Shown here piece after piece: positions 1 through 8,638 of a stretch of 32,000 nucleotides of DNA; position 1 is the stretch's first letter; each line of letters begins with the position of its first letter. Source of the stretch: Geobacter sulfurreducens PCA (GTDB lineage Bacteria > Desulfobacterota > Desulfuromonadia > Geobacterales > Geobacteraceae); contig NC_002939.5 in NCBI RefSeq assembly GCF_000007985.2, positions 1,080,001 to 1,112,000 on the forward strand, given 5' to 3'. Below the pieces are notes generated by a model. It did no database searches and was not told the origin of the DNA. It was given only the letters and a program-made list of their open reading frames with translations. The position numbers and the translations under genes are program-made.

Positions 1-74
1 CCCGGCTCATCCTCCGGAACCGACCGGCCCCGGCGGCTGGACGTCAGTACCCATTACGAATCGAGGAATCAATC

Positions 75-1382
75 ATGACCACATACACTCCGCTCCGTGA
101 CGTTCCCGCTGCTGCCGGCTACGGTCCCGGCGACGTTTTCGTCCTCTTCGGCGAACTGTTCGGCCGCGGCTACGCCAACGGCATCGTTGACGAGGCTCGG
201 AAAGCCGGCATGACCATTATCGGCGCCACGGTGGGCCGCCGTGACAACAACGGGCCGTTGCGCCCTCTCACCGCCGAAGAACTGGCCGAAGCCGAGGCGA
301 ACCTGGGGGGGAAGATCATTAATGTCCCGCTGGAAGCCGGTTTCGATCTGGAGCCTGCCGGCGACGGGCTCACCCCGGTCGACCGCCTCAAAGGGGTGAA
401 GCCCGAGACCGTAGCCACAACCGCTCTTGATATGGCCGCCATTGAGGAGTCGCGCCAGAAGGGGCTTGCCCGCTTCCGGGGCAACCTGGCCGATTTCGCG
501 CGGGAGCTCGACGGGCTCGTGCCATCGGGGGCCAATCTCCTGATCGTGCACACCATGGCTGGCGGCATTCCCCGCGCCCGGACCCTCATGCCGCTTCTCA
601 ACCGCGTGTTCAAGGGACAGGGAGACCGCTTCCTCTCCTCGGAGCTCTTCTGGAACTCCGACGTGGGTCGGCTGTGCAGTCTCTCCTTCGACGAGGTGAC
701 CGCCGACACCTTCGGCGCCCTTGTGGACGCCACTGCCTCACTGCGGGCGCGGGTGGAGGTCGCCGGCGCCAGGGTCTCCTACGCAGCCTACGGCTACCAT
801 GGCTGCGAGGTACTCATCGGCGGCGAATACCGGTGGCAATCCTACACTCCCTATCTGCAGGGATGGGCCAAGATCCGCCTTGAGGAATGGGCCTGCCGGG
901 TTTGGCAGCAGGGTGTGAAGGCTACGGTCTACAATTCGCCGGAGATCCAGACGAATTCCAGCGCTCTGTTCCTTGGGGTTGAACTTTCTCTGTACCCGTT
1001 GCTGGCTGCCCTTGCGCGAGAGGGTGGCTCCTCGGCGGCAGCCGGCATCCGCGCCGCCTGCCAGGCGCTGCTCAGGGAAGGGGAAACCATGGATGCCGTG
1101 TTGGCCCAGGCCGATGCCTACCTTGCTTCTCCGGTTCTGGCATCCTTCGGCAAACTGGAAGAGTGGCCCCGCCATAACACGCCGGATCAGGCCGCCCTGA
1201 TGCTCACCGCGTCGGACGCGCTCATGACCATGAACGCCGATCCCAAGAACATCGTTTGCGCAGAGCTTTCCAAGGCGGTTTTCCAGGCAGTGGGCCAACT
1301 CATGTTCGATCACTCCTGGGTGCCCCAGGCACCGGTCCTCTGGCTCAATCACGACGTGATTGCGCGAAGGCTTGCCGTCTGA
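75..1382 (+). CDS. conserved hypothetical protein (435 aa); no family recognised by eye
   Basis: Long ORF with ATG at 75 and GAGGAA 63..68 upstream. Codon usage resembles its neighbours. The overlapping minus-strand ORFs look like shadow frames. A 13-bp hairpin follows the stop. Confidence 0.6.
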   Translation: MTTYTPLRDVPAAAGYGPGDVFVLFGELFGRGYANGIVDEARKAGMTIIGATVGRRDNNGPLRPLTAEELAEAEANLGGKIINVPLEAGFDLEPAGDGLTPVDRLKGVKPETVATTALDMAAIEESRQKGLARFRGNLADFARELDGLVPSGANLLIVHTMAGGIPRARTLMPLLNRVFKGQGDRFLSSELFWNSDVGRLCSLSFDEVTADTFGALVDATASLRARVEVAGARVSYAAYGYHGCEVLIGGEYRWQSYTPYLQGWAKIRLEEWACRVWQQGVKATVYNSPEIQTNSSALFLGVELSLYPLLAALAREGGSSAAAGIRAACQALLREGETMDAVLAQADAYLASPVLASFGKLEEWPRHNTPDQAALMLTASDALMTMNADPKNIVCAELSKAVFQAVGQLMFDHSWVPQAPVLWLNHDVIARRLAV

Positions 1383-1386
1383 TCGC

Positions 1387-1419
1387 GACCTTTTCCGTCA
1401 TTGGACGACGGAAAAGGTC
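1387..1419 (+). terminator. perfect 13-bp stem hairpin (gaccttttccgtc / gacggaaaaggtc) just after the stop of the 75..1382 ORF; no U-tract
   Basis: Inverted repeat read directly from the sequence. It lacks a T-run, so the terminator function is uncertain. Confidence 0.4.
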
Positions 1420-1496
1420 ACCTTGCGGTCGTTCTTGTTCGTCGCGCTCTCGCTTGAATAGGGGGTTTCAAAAGGGGAACAATACTGTTACTTGAA

Positions 1497-1513
1497 TGGT
1501 ATGCGGTTTGCAT
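1497..1513 (+). promoter_or_regulatory. sigma-54 (RpoN) -24/-12 promoter, TGGTATG-CGGT-TTGCA
   Basis: GG at 1498-1499 and GC at 1510-1511 are separated by exactly 10 nt. This matches TGGYAYG-N4-TTGCW. It lies about 170 nt upstream of the ORF at 1681. Confidence 0.5.
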
Positions 1514-1532
1514 GACACATGCAAACCGCATA
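1500..1532. repeat. perfect 33-bp palindrome (15-bp arms tatgcggtttgcatg / catgcaaaccgcata, 3-nt spacer) overlapping the -12 element
   Basis: Arms verified base by base. Confidence 0.9.
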
Positions 1533-1680
1533 TCGTTGATACACGACAATACTAAACCATCCGCGAGGGTGGGACGGAAAGCCCACAGGGTCTCTCTGAG
1601 ACAGCCGGGATGCCGAAATGTCAGCACGACGACGTTCGGCCCCGGCTTGCTCTTTATCCGGTGCCGGAAGGAGACGAGCC

Positions 1681-2064
1681 ATGGGAGTTTCTCGGGAGTG
1701 TTGTCGCAGATGGGGCAAGGCCGTTGTTGCGCAGGTTGTACTGTTCGTCGTTGCCGTTGTGGCGATACCGGCGCTGGCGGACTCAATCCCCGCTTACCTC
1801 GCATCGGCCACCAGCCATGATTCTCCGGCTATAGTTTCTCCTCCTCCCGCTTCACCCGCCTCCCAATCGGAAAATGCCACCTTTTTCAGCATATCAGCCA
1901 GCCCAACCGGCGATGTGACGCTCAACTGCGGCGGTGTTCCCGTTGAAATCGGCTACACGGATCTCGCCCCCCATGACGAAATCCGGGAGCAGAGCCAGCG
2001 GATAACGCGGCAACAGGACCCGCTCATCAACGGGTTTTCGGTCAAGGTAACCTTCCTCTTTTAA
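1681..2064 (+). CDS. small secreted or envelope protein (127 aa) of unknown function
   Basis: Internal ATG at 1681 with AAGGAGA 8 nt upstream. Signal-peptide-like N-terminus (VVLFVVAVVAIPALA/DS) and a C-terminal ...VKVTFLF. A strong intrinsic terminator follows. The 1618 start proposed by the ORF track lacks an RBS. Confidence 0.5.
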   Translation: MGVSRECCRRWGKAVVAQVVLFVVAVVAIPALADSIPAYLASATSHDSPAIVSPPPASPASQSENATFFSISASPTGDVTLNCGGVPVEIGYTDLAPHDEIREQSQRITRQQDPLINGFSVKVTFLF

Positions 2065-2083
2065 CCCATCCTCCCGTTCTTGT

Positions 2084-2122
2084 GCCCCCTCGTCCTTCCT
2101 CCTGGGAGAGGGGGCTTTTTTT
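2084..2122 (+). terminator. rho-independent terminator (gccccctc...gagggggc followed by T7)
   Basis: 8-bp GC stem followed by ttttttt. Confidence 0.8.
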
Positions 2123-2163
2123 ATCCCGGAACCCGTGATGCCGGGTAGTCCGGCGCATGCAAC

Positions 2164-2198
2164 AACAAAAAAAGGGCCGTCCTCTTCGGACGGCCCGG
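2164..2198 (-). terminator. rho-independent terminator for the minus-strand operon (gggccgtcc-tcttc-ggacggccc; T-run on the minus strand)
   Basis: 9-bp GC stem. The A7 run on the plus strand becomes a U-tract on the minus strand, just downstream of the stop at 2221. Confidence 0.8.
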
Positions 2199-2220
2199 AA
2201 TGGCGTGCGACCGCGATCTG

Positions 2221-2784
2221 CTAGCGCACCAGTTTCGACAGTTTTTTGAACTCTTCGCTGCCGGCCACGCGGAGGAGCTGGAACAGGGCCGCTTCGGTGG
2301 AGGTGATGACCGCGCCGGCGTCCCGCGCCACTTCCATTCCCACGAACCAGTTTTCCTTGCGGCGGCTCATAATGGCATCCCGCACCAGGTGGACATGGTA
2401 GCCCCGCTCCAGGAGCTCGATGACCGTCTGGAGCACGCAGACATGGGTTTCCATGCCGGTGATGATGACCTGCTTGCGTCCCAGTGCCGCGAGACGGTTC
2501 AGGAACGCGTCGTCGCCGCAGCAGCTGAAGGTCATTTTCTCGCAAGCGTCTCCCTCGATCTTTTCCTTCAGGACCGGAAGGGTGCAGCCGAGGCCTTTCA
2601 CGTACTGCTCAGTGGCAACCACCGGCATGCCGAGATCCTGGGCGGCCTCCAGCAGAATGCCGGTATTTTTCGTGAGCCGTTCCAGAACTTCCGGGTCCAT
2701 GGCCGCGCAGAGCTTTTCCTGCACGTCGATGACCACGAGCACTGCCTGCTGCCGGTCGAGGAAGAACTTCTCCATAATTCCCAT
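2221..2784 (-). CDS. isochorismatase-family cysteine hydrolase (187 aa)
   Basis: Starts VLVVIDVQEKL, with ITGMETHVCV containing the catalytic Cys context typical of the isochorismatase/YcaC family. AAGGAGG SD lies immediately after the upstream gene's stop. Confidence 0.8.
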   Translation of the reverse strand: MGIMEKFFLDRQQAVLVVIDVQEKLCAAMDPEVLERLTKNTGILLEAAQDLGMPVVATEQYVKGLGCTLPVLKEKIEGDACEKMTFSCCGDDAFLNRLAALGRKQVIITGMETHVCVLQTVIELLERGYHVHLVRDAIMSRRKENWFVGMEVARDAGAVITSTEAALFQLLRVAGSEEFKKLSKLVR

Positions 2785-2800
2785 CAGATGCTCCCTCCTT

Positions 2801-4246
2801 TCAGTCTTTTCTCAGTTCGATGCCCAGCTCCTGAATCTTCTTGCGTAGCGTGTTGCGGTTAATGCCGAGGATCTCAGCTCCTTTCACCTGGTTGCCACGC
2901 GTCTTTTCCAGGACGAAGCGGATGAGAGGCCGCTCGATCTGCTTGAGGACCAGGTTATAGATATCCCCGCTCTCCATTTTGTCCAGGTTGGTGAGGCTTG
3001 CCCGCAGTTTCATGTCCACCAGGGCTTCCAGGGAGAGGTCGTCCGCAGCGGTCGCCTCGCTTCCCGTCTGGCGGGCACGCAGCCCCGGAAAGTCGGATGG
3101 GGTGAGAAGCGGGTCGGACGAGAGGATCACCGCCCGCTTGATGGTATTCTCCAGTTCCCGTACGTTGCCCGGCCAGCTGTGGGTGGTGAGGAGCGCCATG
3201 GCCTCGGGAGAGCATTTTTTTGGCGAAACCTCCAGTTCCGCGCAGGCGTTTTGGAGGAAATAGTCCACCAGAAGCGGCACGTCTTCCTTACGCTCCCTCA
3301 GCGGTACCAGCTGAATAGGCACCACGTTGAGCCGGTAGAAGAGATCCTCCCGGAACTGCTTCTTGCGGACCAGTTCCTCCAGGTTCTGGTTGGTGGCTGC
3401 CACGATCCGTACGTCCACGGCGATGTTCTGGCTGCCGCCGGTGCGGGTAACTTCCTTCTCCTGGAGCACCCGCAGGATTTTTGCCTGGAGATCGAGGGGC
3501 ATGTCGCCGATCTCGTCAAGGAAGATGGTGCCGCCGTTGGCCTGCTCAAACTTGCCCAGCTTGCGCTCGACGGCGCCGGTGAACGCCCCCTTTTCGAAGC
3601 CGAAGAGTTCGCTTTCCAGCAAATCTTTGGGAATGGCGGCGCAGTTGAGGGCGATGAACGGCTTGCCGATCCGCTTGGAGTTGAAGTGAATAGCCCGGGC
3701 GATGAGCTCTTTGCCGGTCCCTGACTCCCCCTGAACGAGAACGGTCACGTCGCTGGGGGCAACCTTGCCGATGGTCTTGTAGACTTCCCGCATGGCGGGG
3801 GAGTTGCCGATGATGTTCTTCTCCAGGTGATAGCGCTCTTTCAGCTCTTCCCGCAGAATAGTCATTTGGGAGGTGATCTCCCGGGCCTTGTGCACCTTTT
3901 CGATGATGGCATCGATTACATCCAGGTCGAAGGGCTTGGTGATGTAATCGTAGGCCCCCCGCTTCATGGCCTCCACGGCGTTTTTCATGCTCGCCTCGGC
4001 GGTCATGATCACCATGAGGAGATCGTGCTTGAGCTCCCGTACCTTGTCGAGCAATTCCAGCCCGGTGAAGCCGGGCATCTTGATGTCGAGGATGGCCAAG
4101 TCGTACTCGTTGGACTGGATCAGTCGCAGGGCTTCCTCTCCGTCGCGGGCGAGGTCCACGGTGAATCCCTTTTTGCGCAGGGCCTTCGAGAGGACCCAGC
4201 GCATGCTTTCTTCGTCATCGGCAACCAATATGCGGTTCAGTAACAT
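2801..4246 (-). CDS. gnfM: sigma-54-dependent response regulator, NtrC family (REC + AAA+ + Fis-type HTH), 481 aa
   Basis: REC domain (ILVADDE...DLAILDIKMPG), Walker A GESGTGKE, GAFTGA sigma-54 contact motif, and a C-terminal HTH (NQVKGAEILGINRNTLRKKI). The symbol comes from my recollection of the G. sulfurreducens GnfL/GnfM nitrogen master regulators. It is not derivable from the sequence alone. Confidence 0.9.
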   Translation of the reverse strand: MLLNRILVADDEESMRWVLSKALRKKGFTVDLARDGEEALRLIQSNEYDLAILDIKMPGFTGLELLDKVRELKHDLLMVIMTAEASMKNAVEAMKRGAYDYITKPFDLDVIDAIIEKVHKAREITSQMTILREELKERYHLEKNIIGNSPAMREVYKTIGKVAPSDVTVLVQGESGTGKELIARAIHFNSKRIGKPFIALNCAAIPKDLLESELFGFEKGAFTGAVERKLGKFEQANGGTIFLDEIGDMPLDLQAKILRVLQEKEVTRTGGSQNIAVDVRIVAATNQNLEELVRKKQFREDLFYRLNVVPIQLVPLRERKEDVPLLVDYFLQNACAELEVSPKKCSPEAMALLTTHSWPGNVRELENTIKRAVILSSDPLLTPSDFPGLRARQTGSEATAADDLSLEALVDMKLRASLTNLDKMESGDIYNLVLKQIERPLIRFVLEKTRGNQVKGAEILGINRNTLRKKIQELGIELRKD

Positions 4247-4301
4247 TGCAGACCTCGAACTGTGGATATGGAAGTGAACATGGTTAAGGGAAAGATCCCG
4301 G

Positions 4302-5393
4302 CTACTGAATCAGGGGGAGCATCACCGTGAAGGTGGTCCCTTTGCCGGGGTACGATTCCACCTTGATCATTCCCCGATGCTCCGTCACGATTTTCTGGCA
4401 GATGGCCAGCCCCAGGCCCGTCCCCTTGGTCTTGGTGGTGAAAAAGGGCGTGAAGAGCTGCTCGAGCCGCTCCGGCGGGATGCCAGGTCCATCGTCGGCC
4501 ACGTCGATGGCCACCATCCGCGAGCGTCGCTCGCCCTTCTGGGTCATTGAGTAGTCGGATATCACCCGGCTGGCGACCCGGATGCAGCCGCCGTCATCCA
4601 CCGCCTCCATCGCGTTTTTCACGAGGTTCAGAAAAAGCTGGGTCAACAGCCCCTCGTCGGCAAGGATGGGCGGGATGCTGGGATCGAACTGCTGCTGGAA
4701 GGCGACGTTCTTCCCTTCGGTCGAGCGCTTCTGGAGCGTGAGGATGTCGCCGATGACCTTATGGAGGTTCACCTTGCTCAGTTGCAGTCCCCGGGGCGAG
4801 GCCAAGGCCAGAAGCTCCTCAACAATCCGGTTGACCCGCTCCACCTCCTTGAGCATGATCCGGACGTTGTCGCGCAACTCGCTTTCGGTGGGCAGTTCCA
4901 GCTCCAGGAGCTGGGCCGCTCCCTTGATGCCCCCCAGGGGGTTCTTGATCTCGTGGGCCAATCCCGCGGCCAGGGTTCCCAGGGTGGAAAGCCGGTCGGC
5001 ATTGCGGACGGCATCTTCCAGCTCCCGGATGCTGGTGATGTCGCGCAGCACCAGGATCGTCCCGGTGGTTTCGCCGTGAGGAAGCATAAGTGGGAAGGTG
5101 GTCGCCGAAACCGGCGTCAGCTGCTTCAGCTTCCGGATGACGATGTTCTCGTGGTCGGAGATGGTCATGCCGCTGGTGGCGGTCTTGCCGACCATCTCCC
5201 GCAGCACCGCCTCCCGGTGGAAGACGAGGGCGAAGCGATGTCCCACGGCCTGCCGCCGCGAAATGCCGGAGATCTCCTCCGCAGCGGGGTTCATCAGGGC
5301 GATCCGTCCGTCCAGGTCGATGACGATGACGCCGTCTCCGACGCTGTCGATCACGGTGGCAAGGAATTCCTCTTTCTTTTCTTCGGTGGTCAT
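4302..5393 (-). CDS. gnfL: PAS-domain sensor histidine kinase, NtrB-like (363 aa)
   Basis: PAS domain (DGRIALMNPAAEEISG), H-box LAHEIKNPLGGI, and N/G boxes (LVKNAMEA, DDGPGI, GTGLGL). Its ATG overlaps the dusB stop in ATGA at 5390..5393. The symbol is from recollection only. Confidence 0.9.
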   Translation of the reverse strand: MTTEEKKEEFLATVIDSVGDGVIVIDLDGRIALMNPAAEEISGISRRQAVGHRFALVFHREAVLREMVGKTATSGMTISDHENIVIRKLKQLTPVSATTFPLMLPHGETTGTILVLRDITSIRELEDAVRNADRLSTLGTLAAGLAHEIKNPLGGIKGAAQLLELELPTESELRDNVRIMLKEVERVNRIVEELLALASPRGLQLSKVNLHKVIGDILTLQKRSTEGKNVAFQQQFDPSIPPILADEGLLTQLFLNLVKNAMEAVDDGGCIRVASRVISDYSMTQKGERRSRMVAIDVADDGPGIPPERLEQLFTPFFTTKTKGTGLGLAICQKIVTEHRGMIKVESYPGKGTTFTVMLPLIQ

Positions 5394-6367
5394 GGCGCCC
5401 CCACAGCCGTGAAAAAGCGGCTCACTGCTTCCATCAGGGCGCCATTGCCCTCAATCTCGTTGATTTCCTTCCGGAACTGTGCCGCACCGGGGAGTCCGTG
5501 GGAGTACCACCCCAGGTGCTTGCGCATCTCTCTCGCGGCTACCCGTTCGCCGGCCATTTCCGTGAACAGGGCCAGATGCCTCCGGGCCACCGCCAACCGT
5601 TCGGCCGGGGAGGCCGCCGCCGGCTCGCGTCCGGCCATCAGGTCCAGGGCCTGCCTGAAGATCCACGGATTTCCCAGAGCACCTCGGGCGATCATGACCC
5701 CGTCGCAGCCGGTCCGGTCGAGCATGGCGGCCACGTCGGCCGCGCTGAAGAGGTCGCCGCTGCCGATGACCGGTATGGCGACGGCCTGCTTCAGTTCGGC
5801 GAGCTTCGTCCAGTCGGCCGTGCCTTCGAACATCTGTGCCCTGCTCCGGGGATGGAGCGTAACTGCATTGCATCCCTCTTCCTCGGCAATCCGGGCAATC
5901 TGGATAAAGTTGGCATCTTCGCAGCTCCACCCGCTCCTGATCTTCACGGTCAGCGGCAGCCGCGTGGCTCGCCGGACGGCCCTGACAATGGCCCGCACCT
6001 TGTCCGGCTCACGCATGAGGGCGCTCCCGGCGCCGGTCCCCACCACCTTCTTCACGGGGCATCCCATGTTGATGTCGATGAGGTCCCCGTATCCGTCCAC
6101 AGTGGCCGCCACCCGGCCCATGACGTCCGGGTCGTCCCCGAAAAGCTGGATGCCGAGGGGGCGATCCCCCGGCACGCTCCGCAGGAGTTCGAAACTCTTT
6201 TTACCTTCCCGGACAAGGCCGTTCACGCTCACCATCTCGGTGAAGCAGAGACCTGCCCCCTGTTCGCGGGCCAGGAGGCGGAAGGGAAGGTTGGTTATCC
6301 CGGCCATGGGGGCGAGGATGAGATTGTTTCCCAGGGTCAGGGAGCCTATGGTAAGAGAACGGATCAT
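5390..6367 (-). CDS. dusB: tRNA-dihydrouridine synthase (DusB/NifR3 family), 325 aa
   Basis: LILAPMAGITNLPFR, the INMGCP motif and a TIM-barrel Dus signature. It sits in the classic nifR3-ntrB-ntrC gene order. Confidence 0.9.
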   Translation of the reverse strand: MIRSLTIGSLTLGNNLILAPMAGITNLPFRLLAREQGAGLCFTEMVSVNGLVREGKKSFELLRSVPGDRPLGIQLFGDDPDVMGRVAATVDGYGDLIDINMGCPVKKVVGTGAGSALMREPDKVRAIVRAVRRATRLPLTVKIRSGWSCEDANFIQIARIAEEEGCNAVTLHPRSRAQMFEGTADWTKLAELKQAVAIPVIGSGDLFSAADVAAMLDRTGCDGVMIARGALGNPWIFRQALDLMAGREPAAASPAERLAVARRHLALFTEMAGERVAAREMRKHLGWYSHGLPGAAQFRKEINEIEGNGALMEAVSRFFTAVGAP

Positions 6368-6560
6368 TCGTTGGCGATCGCACGATTTTATTGCTTAAAA
6401 TTTAGGCATAGTAGCATGGGGCCGGAAAAACGCAAGCTTTTATTTTGGTGTTGTCCAACGTCGCCGGGGGGGCAGTCCTTTGAGATGATTGACTTTTCGC
6501 CGGGCGAAAGGTACGCTTCGACGGGGTAAGGTTGCTCAATTGCGCCCCGGGAGTGGAGAG

Positions 6561-6809
6561 ATGGAAATCTTCGGCGGCATGATGGTTATGATGGCGATTC
6601 TCGGCCTGTTCGTGGTGGCCGTCTGGCTGGTGCTCCCTTTCGCGGTCTTTGCGGTCAAGGCGAAAATGGAGCGGGCGCTGGATCTTCTCGAATCGGTGGA
6701 GCAGCGTCTCGGTCGCGTGGAGGAACGTCTTGCACGGCTGGAGGAAGTGCGTGGCGCTCGCGAACCGGTGAGTCCCGCCCCTGCAGCTCCGCCGGAGGAG
6801 ACGGAATAA
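6561..6809 (+). CDS. small membrane protein with a C-terminal coiled coil (82 aa)
   Basis: ATG at 6561 preceded by GGAGAG. One TM segment (MMVMMAILGLFVVAVWLVLPFAVFAV), then a heptad-like LESVEQRLGRVEERLARLEE stretch. Confidence 0.5.
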   Translation: MEIFGGMMVMMAILGLFVVAVWLVLPFAVFAVKAKMERALDLLESVEQRLGRVEERLARLEEVRGAREPVSPAPAAPPEETE

Positions 6810-6840
6810 ACCGTCGCCCGCCGTTCACCCCCTGATCCCT

Positions 6841-8493
6841 TCAGGCAGCTTCCCAGAGCACACCGGGCGTGTTGCCGCCCCCTTTGCCCATTACCCGCTT
6901 GACATACCTGGCGAAGCATTCGACCACGACCGGATCGAACTGGCTGCCGGCGCCGGCACGAAGCTCTTCCAGGGCCTCCGTGAGGGTGTTGGCATGCTTG
7001 TAGGGCCGCTCCGACACCATGGCGTCGAAGGAGTCGGCCACCGCCACGATGCGTGCCCCCAGGGGGATGTGATCACCGGTGAGCCCCTCGGGGTAGCCCG
7101 AGCCGTCCAGCCGTTCATGGTGGTAGAGGATAACGGGGAGCACCTCCTTCAGCTGGGCGATGGGGGCCAGGATGGCAACCCCCTTTTCCGGATGGAGCCT
7201 CATGGGAGGGAATTCGTCCTCAGAAAGGAGCGCCGGCTTCTCCAGAAGCGCCTCGATGACGCCGATCTTGCCGATATCGTGCAGCAGCCCCCCGAGCCGG
7301 ATCTGTTCCACTTCCTGTTCCGAAAGCCCCATCTCCTTGGCGATGCGGGTCGAAATGTGCATGACCCGTTCCGAGTGTCCCTTGGTCCAGGGACTCTTGG
7401 CATCGATGGCATTGGCCAGGCTGGACACGGTGTTGAAGAACAGGCTGCGCATGTCTTCATAAAGCCGGGCGTTTTCCAGTGCCACCGCCATCTGTGACGC
7501 GATCTTCTCAATAGTAAAGGTCTCGCCCCGGGCGAACTTGTCGGGTTCCGTGTCGCCCAGCAGCAGCACGCCCTTGACCTGGTCGCGCGACATGAGGGGA
7601 ATGGCCAGGAGCGACCGGATGCCGGCGGCCAGAAGGGTCCGGGAAACGGTGCCGGGCTTCCTGGTATCGGCCAAGTCGGCAATGCTCGCGCTGCGGCCGG
7701 TGCGGAAGGCAGTCCAGGCGGTACAGCCAGCAAGCGACAGGGGCGCACCGGGGCGGAGGGCCGCGGGGATCTCAAGCCCCGAGGCATGGGACGACATGAC
7801 CTTGAGCCCTCCGTTTTCCGCCTGGAGGATTGCCACGAACTCGCAGCCGGTAATCCGCTCCACCTGCGCCATGGCCGTTTCCATGATCCTTTCCCGAGAA
7901 AGAGAAGAGGAGATGGCCTTGTTGATTTCGTCGATGGTGAGGATTACGTCGATACGGCCCGCCAGGTCCAGGGCCATGTCCAGAGACTCGTCGAAGAGCT
8001 GCATGTGGGAAACCACCAGTGCCGCGTGGGAGACCAGGTCGCGGATGATGGCGGTTTCAGCGTCGGAGAAGGGAGGATTGTCGCGAGTCCGGGCCATGAA
8101 CACGGCACCGATGACCTGGGTCCTGACCACCATGGGGACCGCCAGGACGCAGAGGTTCCGGAGGAGTTTCCGGAGCTTCGGGGTGAGCAGGTCCGAGGAG
8201 CCGGGATCAGTGAGCATCAGGTGCTGCCGCTTGCGGAGCATGCTTTTCAGGAGGGGTATCTTGTCCGGAGCCAGCGGCATCTCGCGAAACACGGGAAGGA
8301 AGCTGGCAGGGAGTCCCGTGCTGCGGGCCGGGGCGAAGTCCCTCCGTTCCCGGTCGAAGAAATAAACGGCGATCCATCGGGTCTTGACGAGCTTGCGCAG
8401 CAGACGGGAGAGGTCTTTGATTACCTCGTCCACATCAGTAAGCCCGCTCAATCGCTCGCTTCCCTCGATGAGTTCGGTGTAGGTGCCGGTCAT
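6841..8493 (-). CDS. GAF-domain / HD-GYP-domain cyclic-dinucleotide phosphodiesterase (550 aa)
   Basis: HD motif LLHDIGKIGV and HHERLDGSGYP (HD-GYP). GAF-like N-terminal regions. I chose the ATG at 8493, which has a GGAGG SD, because the longer ORF reaching 8751 would overlap the fabI start. Confidence 0.85.
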   Translation of the reverse strand: MTGTYTELIEGSERLSGLTDVDEVIKDLSRLLRKLVKTRWIAVYFFDRERRDFAPARSTGLPASFLPVFREMPLAPDKIPLLKSMLRKRQHLMLTDPGSSDLLTPKLRKLLRNLCVLAVPMVVRTQVIGAVFMARTRDNPPFSDAETAIIRDLVSHAALVVSHMQLFDESLDMALDLAGRIDVILTIDEINKAISSSLSRERIMETAMAQVERITGCEFVAILQAENGGLKVMSSHASGLEIPAALRPGAPLSLAGCTAWTAFRTGRSASIADLADTRKPGTVSRTLLAAGIRSLLAIPLMSRDQVKGVLLLGDTEPDKFARGETFTIEKIASQMAVALENARLYEDMRSLFFNTVSSLANAIDAKSPWTKGHSERVMHISTRIAKEMGLSEQEVEQIRLGGLLHDIGKIGVIEALLEKPALLSEDEFPPMRLHPEKGVAILAPIAQLKEVLPVILYHHERLDGSGYPEGLTGDHIPLGARIVAVADSFDAMVSERPYKHANTLTEALEELRAGAGSQFDPVVVECFARYVKRVMGKGGGNTPGVLWEAA

Positions 8494-8638
8494 GGCGTCC
8501 TCCCCATTCACACTTGTATCATAAAATCGCCATATGTCTTGCCAACGAGGGGGTTTTTTTGTATTACTATCCCCTCTGCGCCGAGCCGAAGTGAGTGCTC
8601 CGCGCAGGTGACAGCATCCGGTAGGGAGGAGCGGATTC

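Noticed and set aside
1533-1680. GGGACGGAAAGCCC in the leader resembles fragments of the ykkC (guanidine-I) and glutamine riboswitch cores.
   Set aside because: Only one short segment matches. The other conserved elements (for example CUAGGGUUCCG and GGUCCGAGAG for ykkC) are absent. I treat it as an unclassified structured leader.
4761-6398. Very long antisense ORFs: 545 aa here, plus 22415..24070 (551 aa), 28453..29592 (379 aa), 29713..30846 (377 aa), 20568..21515 (315 aa), 17756..18739 (327 aa) and 26507..27652 (381 aa).
   Set aside because: Each lies entirely opposite a gene with clear family motifs. Their translations are rich in Arg, Gly, Pro and His and are low-complexity. They lack SD sequences. 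High GC3 in the real frame suppresses stop codons on the opposite strand, so these are shadow ORFs.
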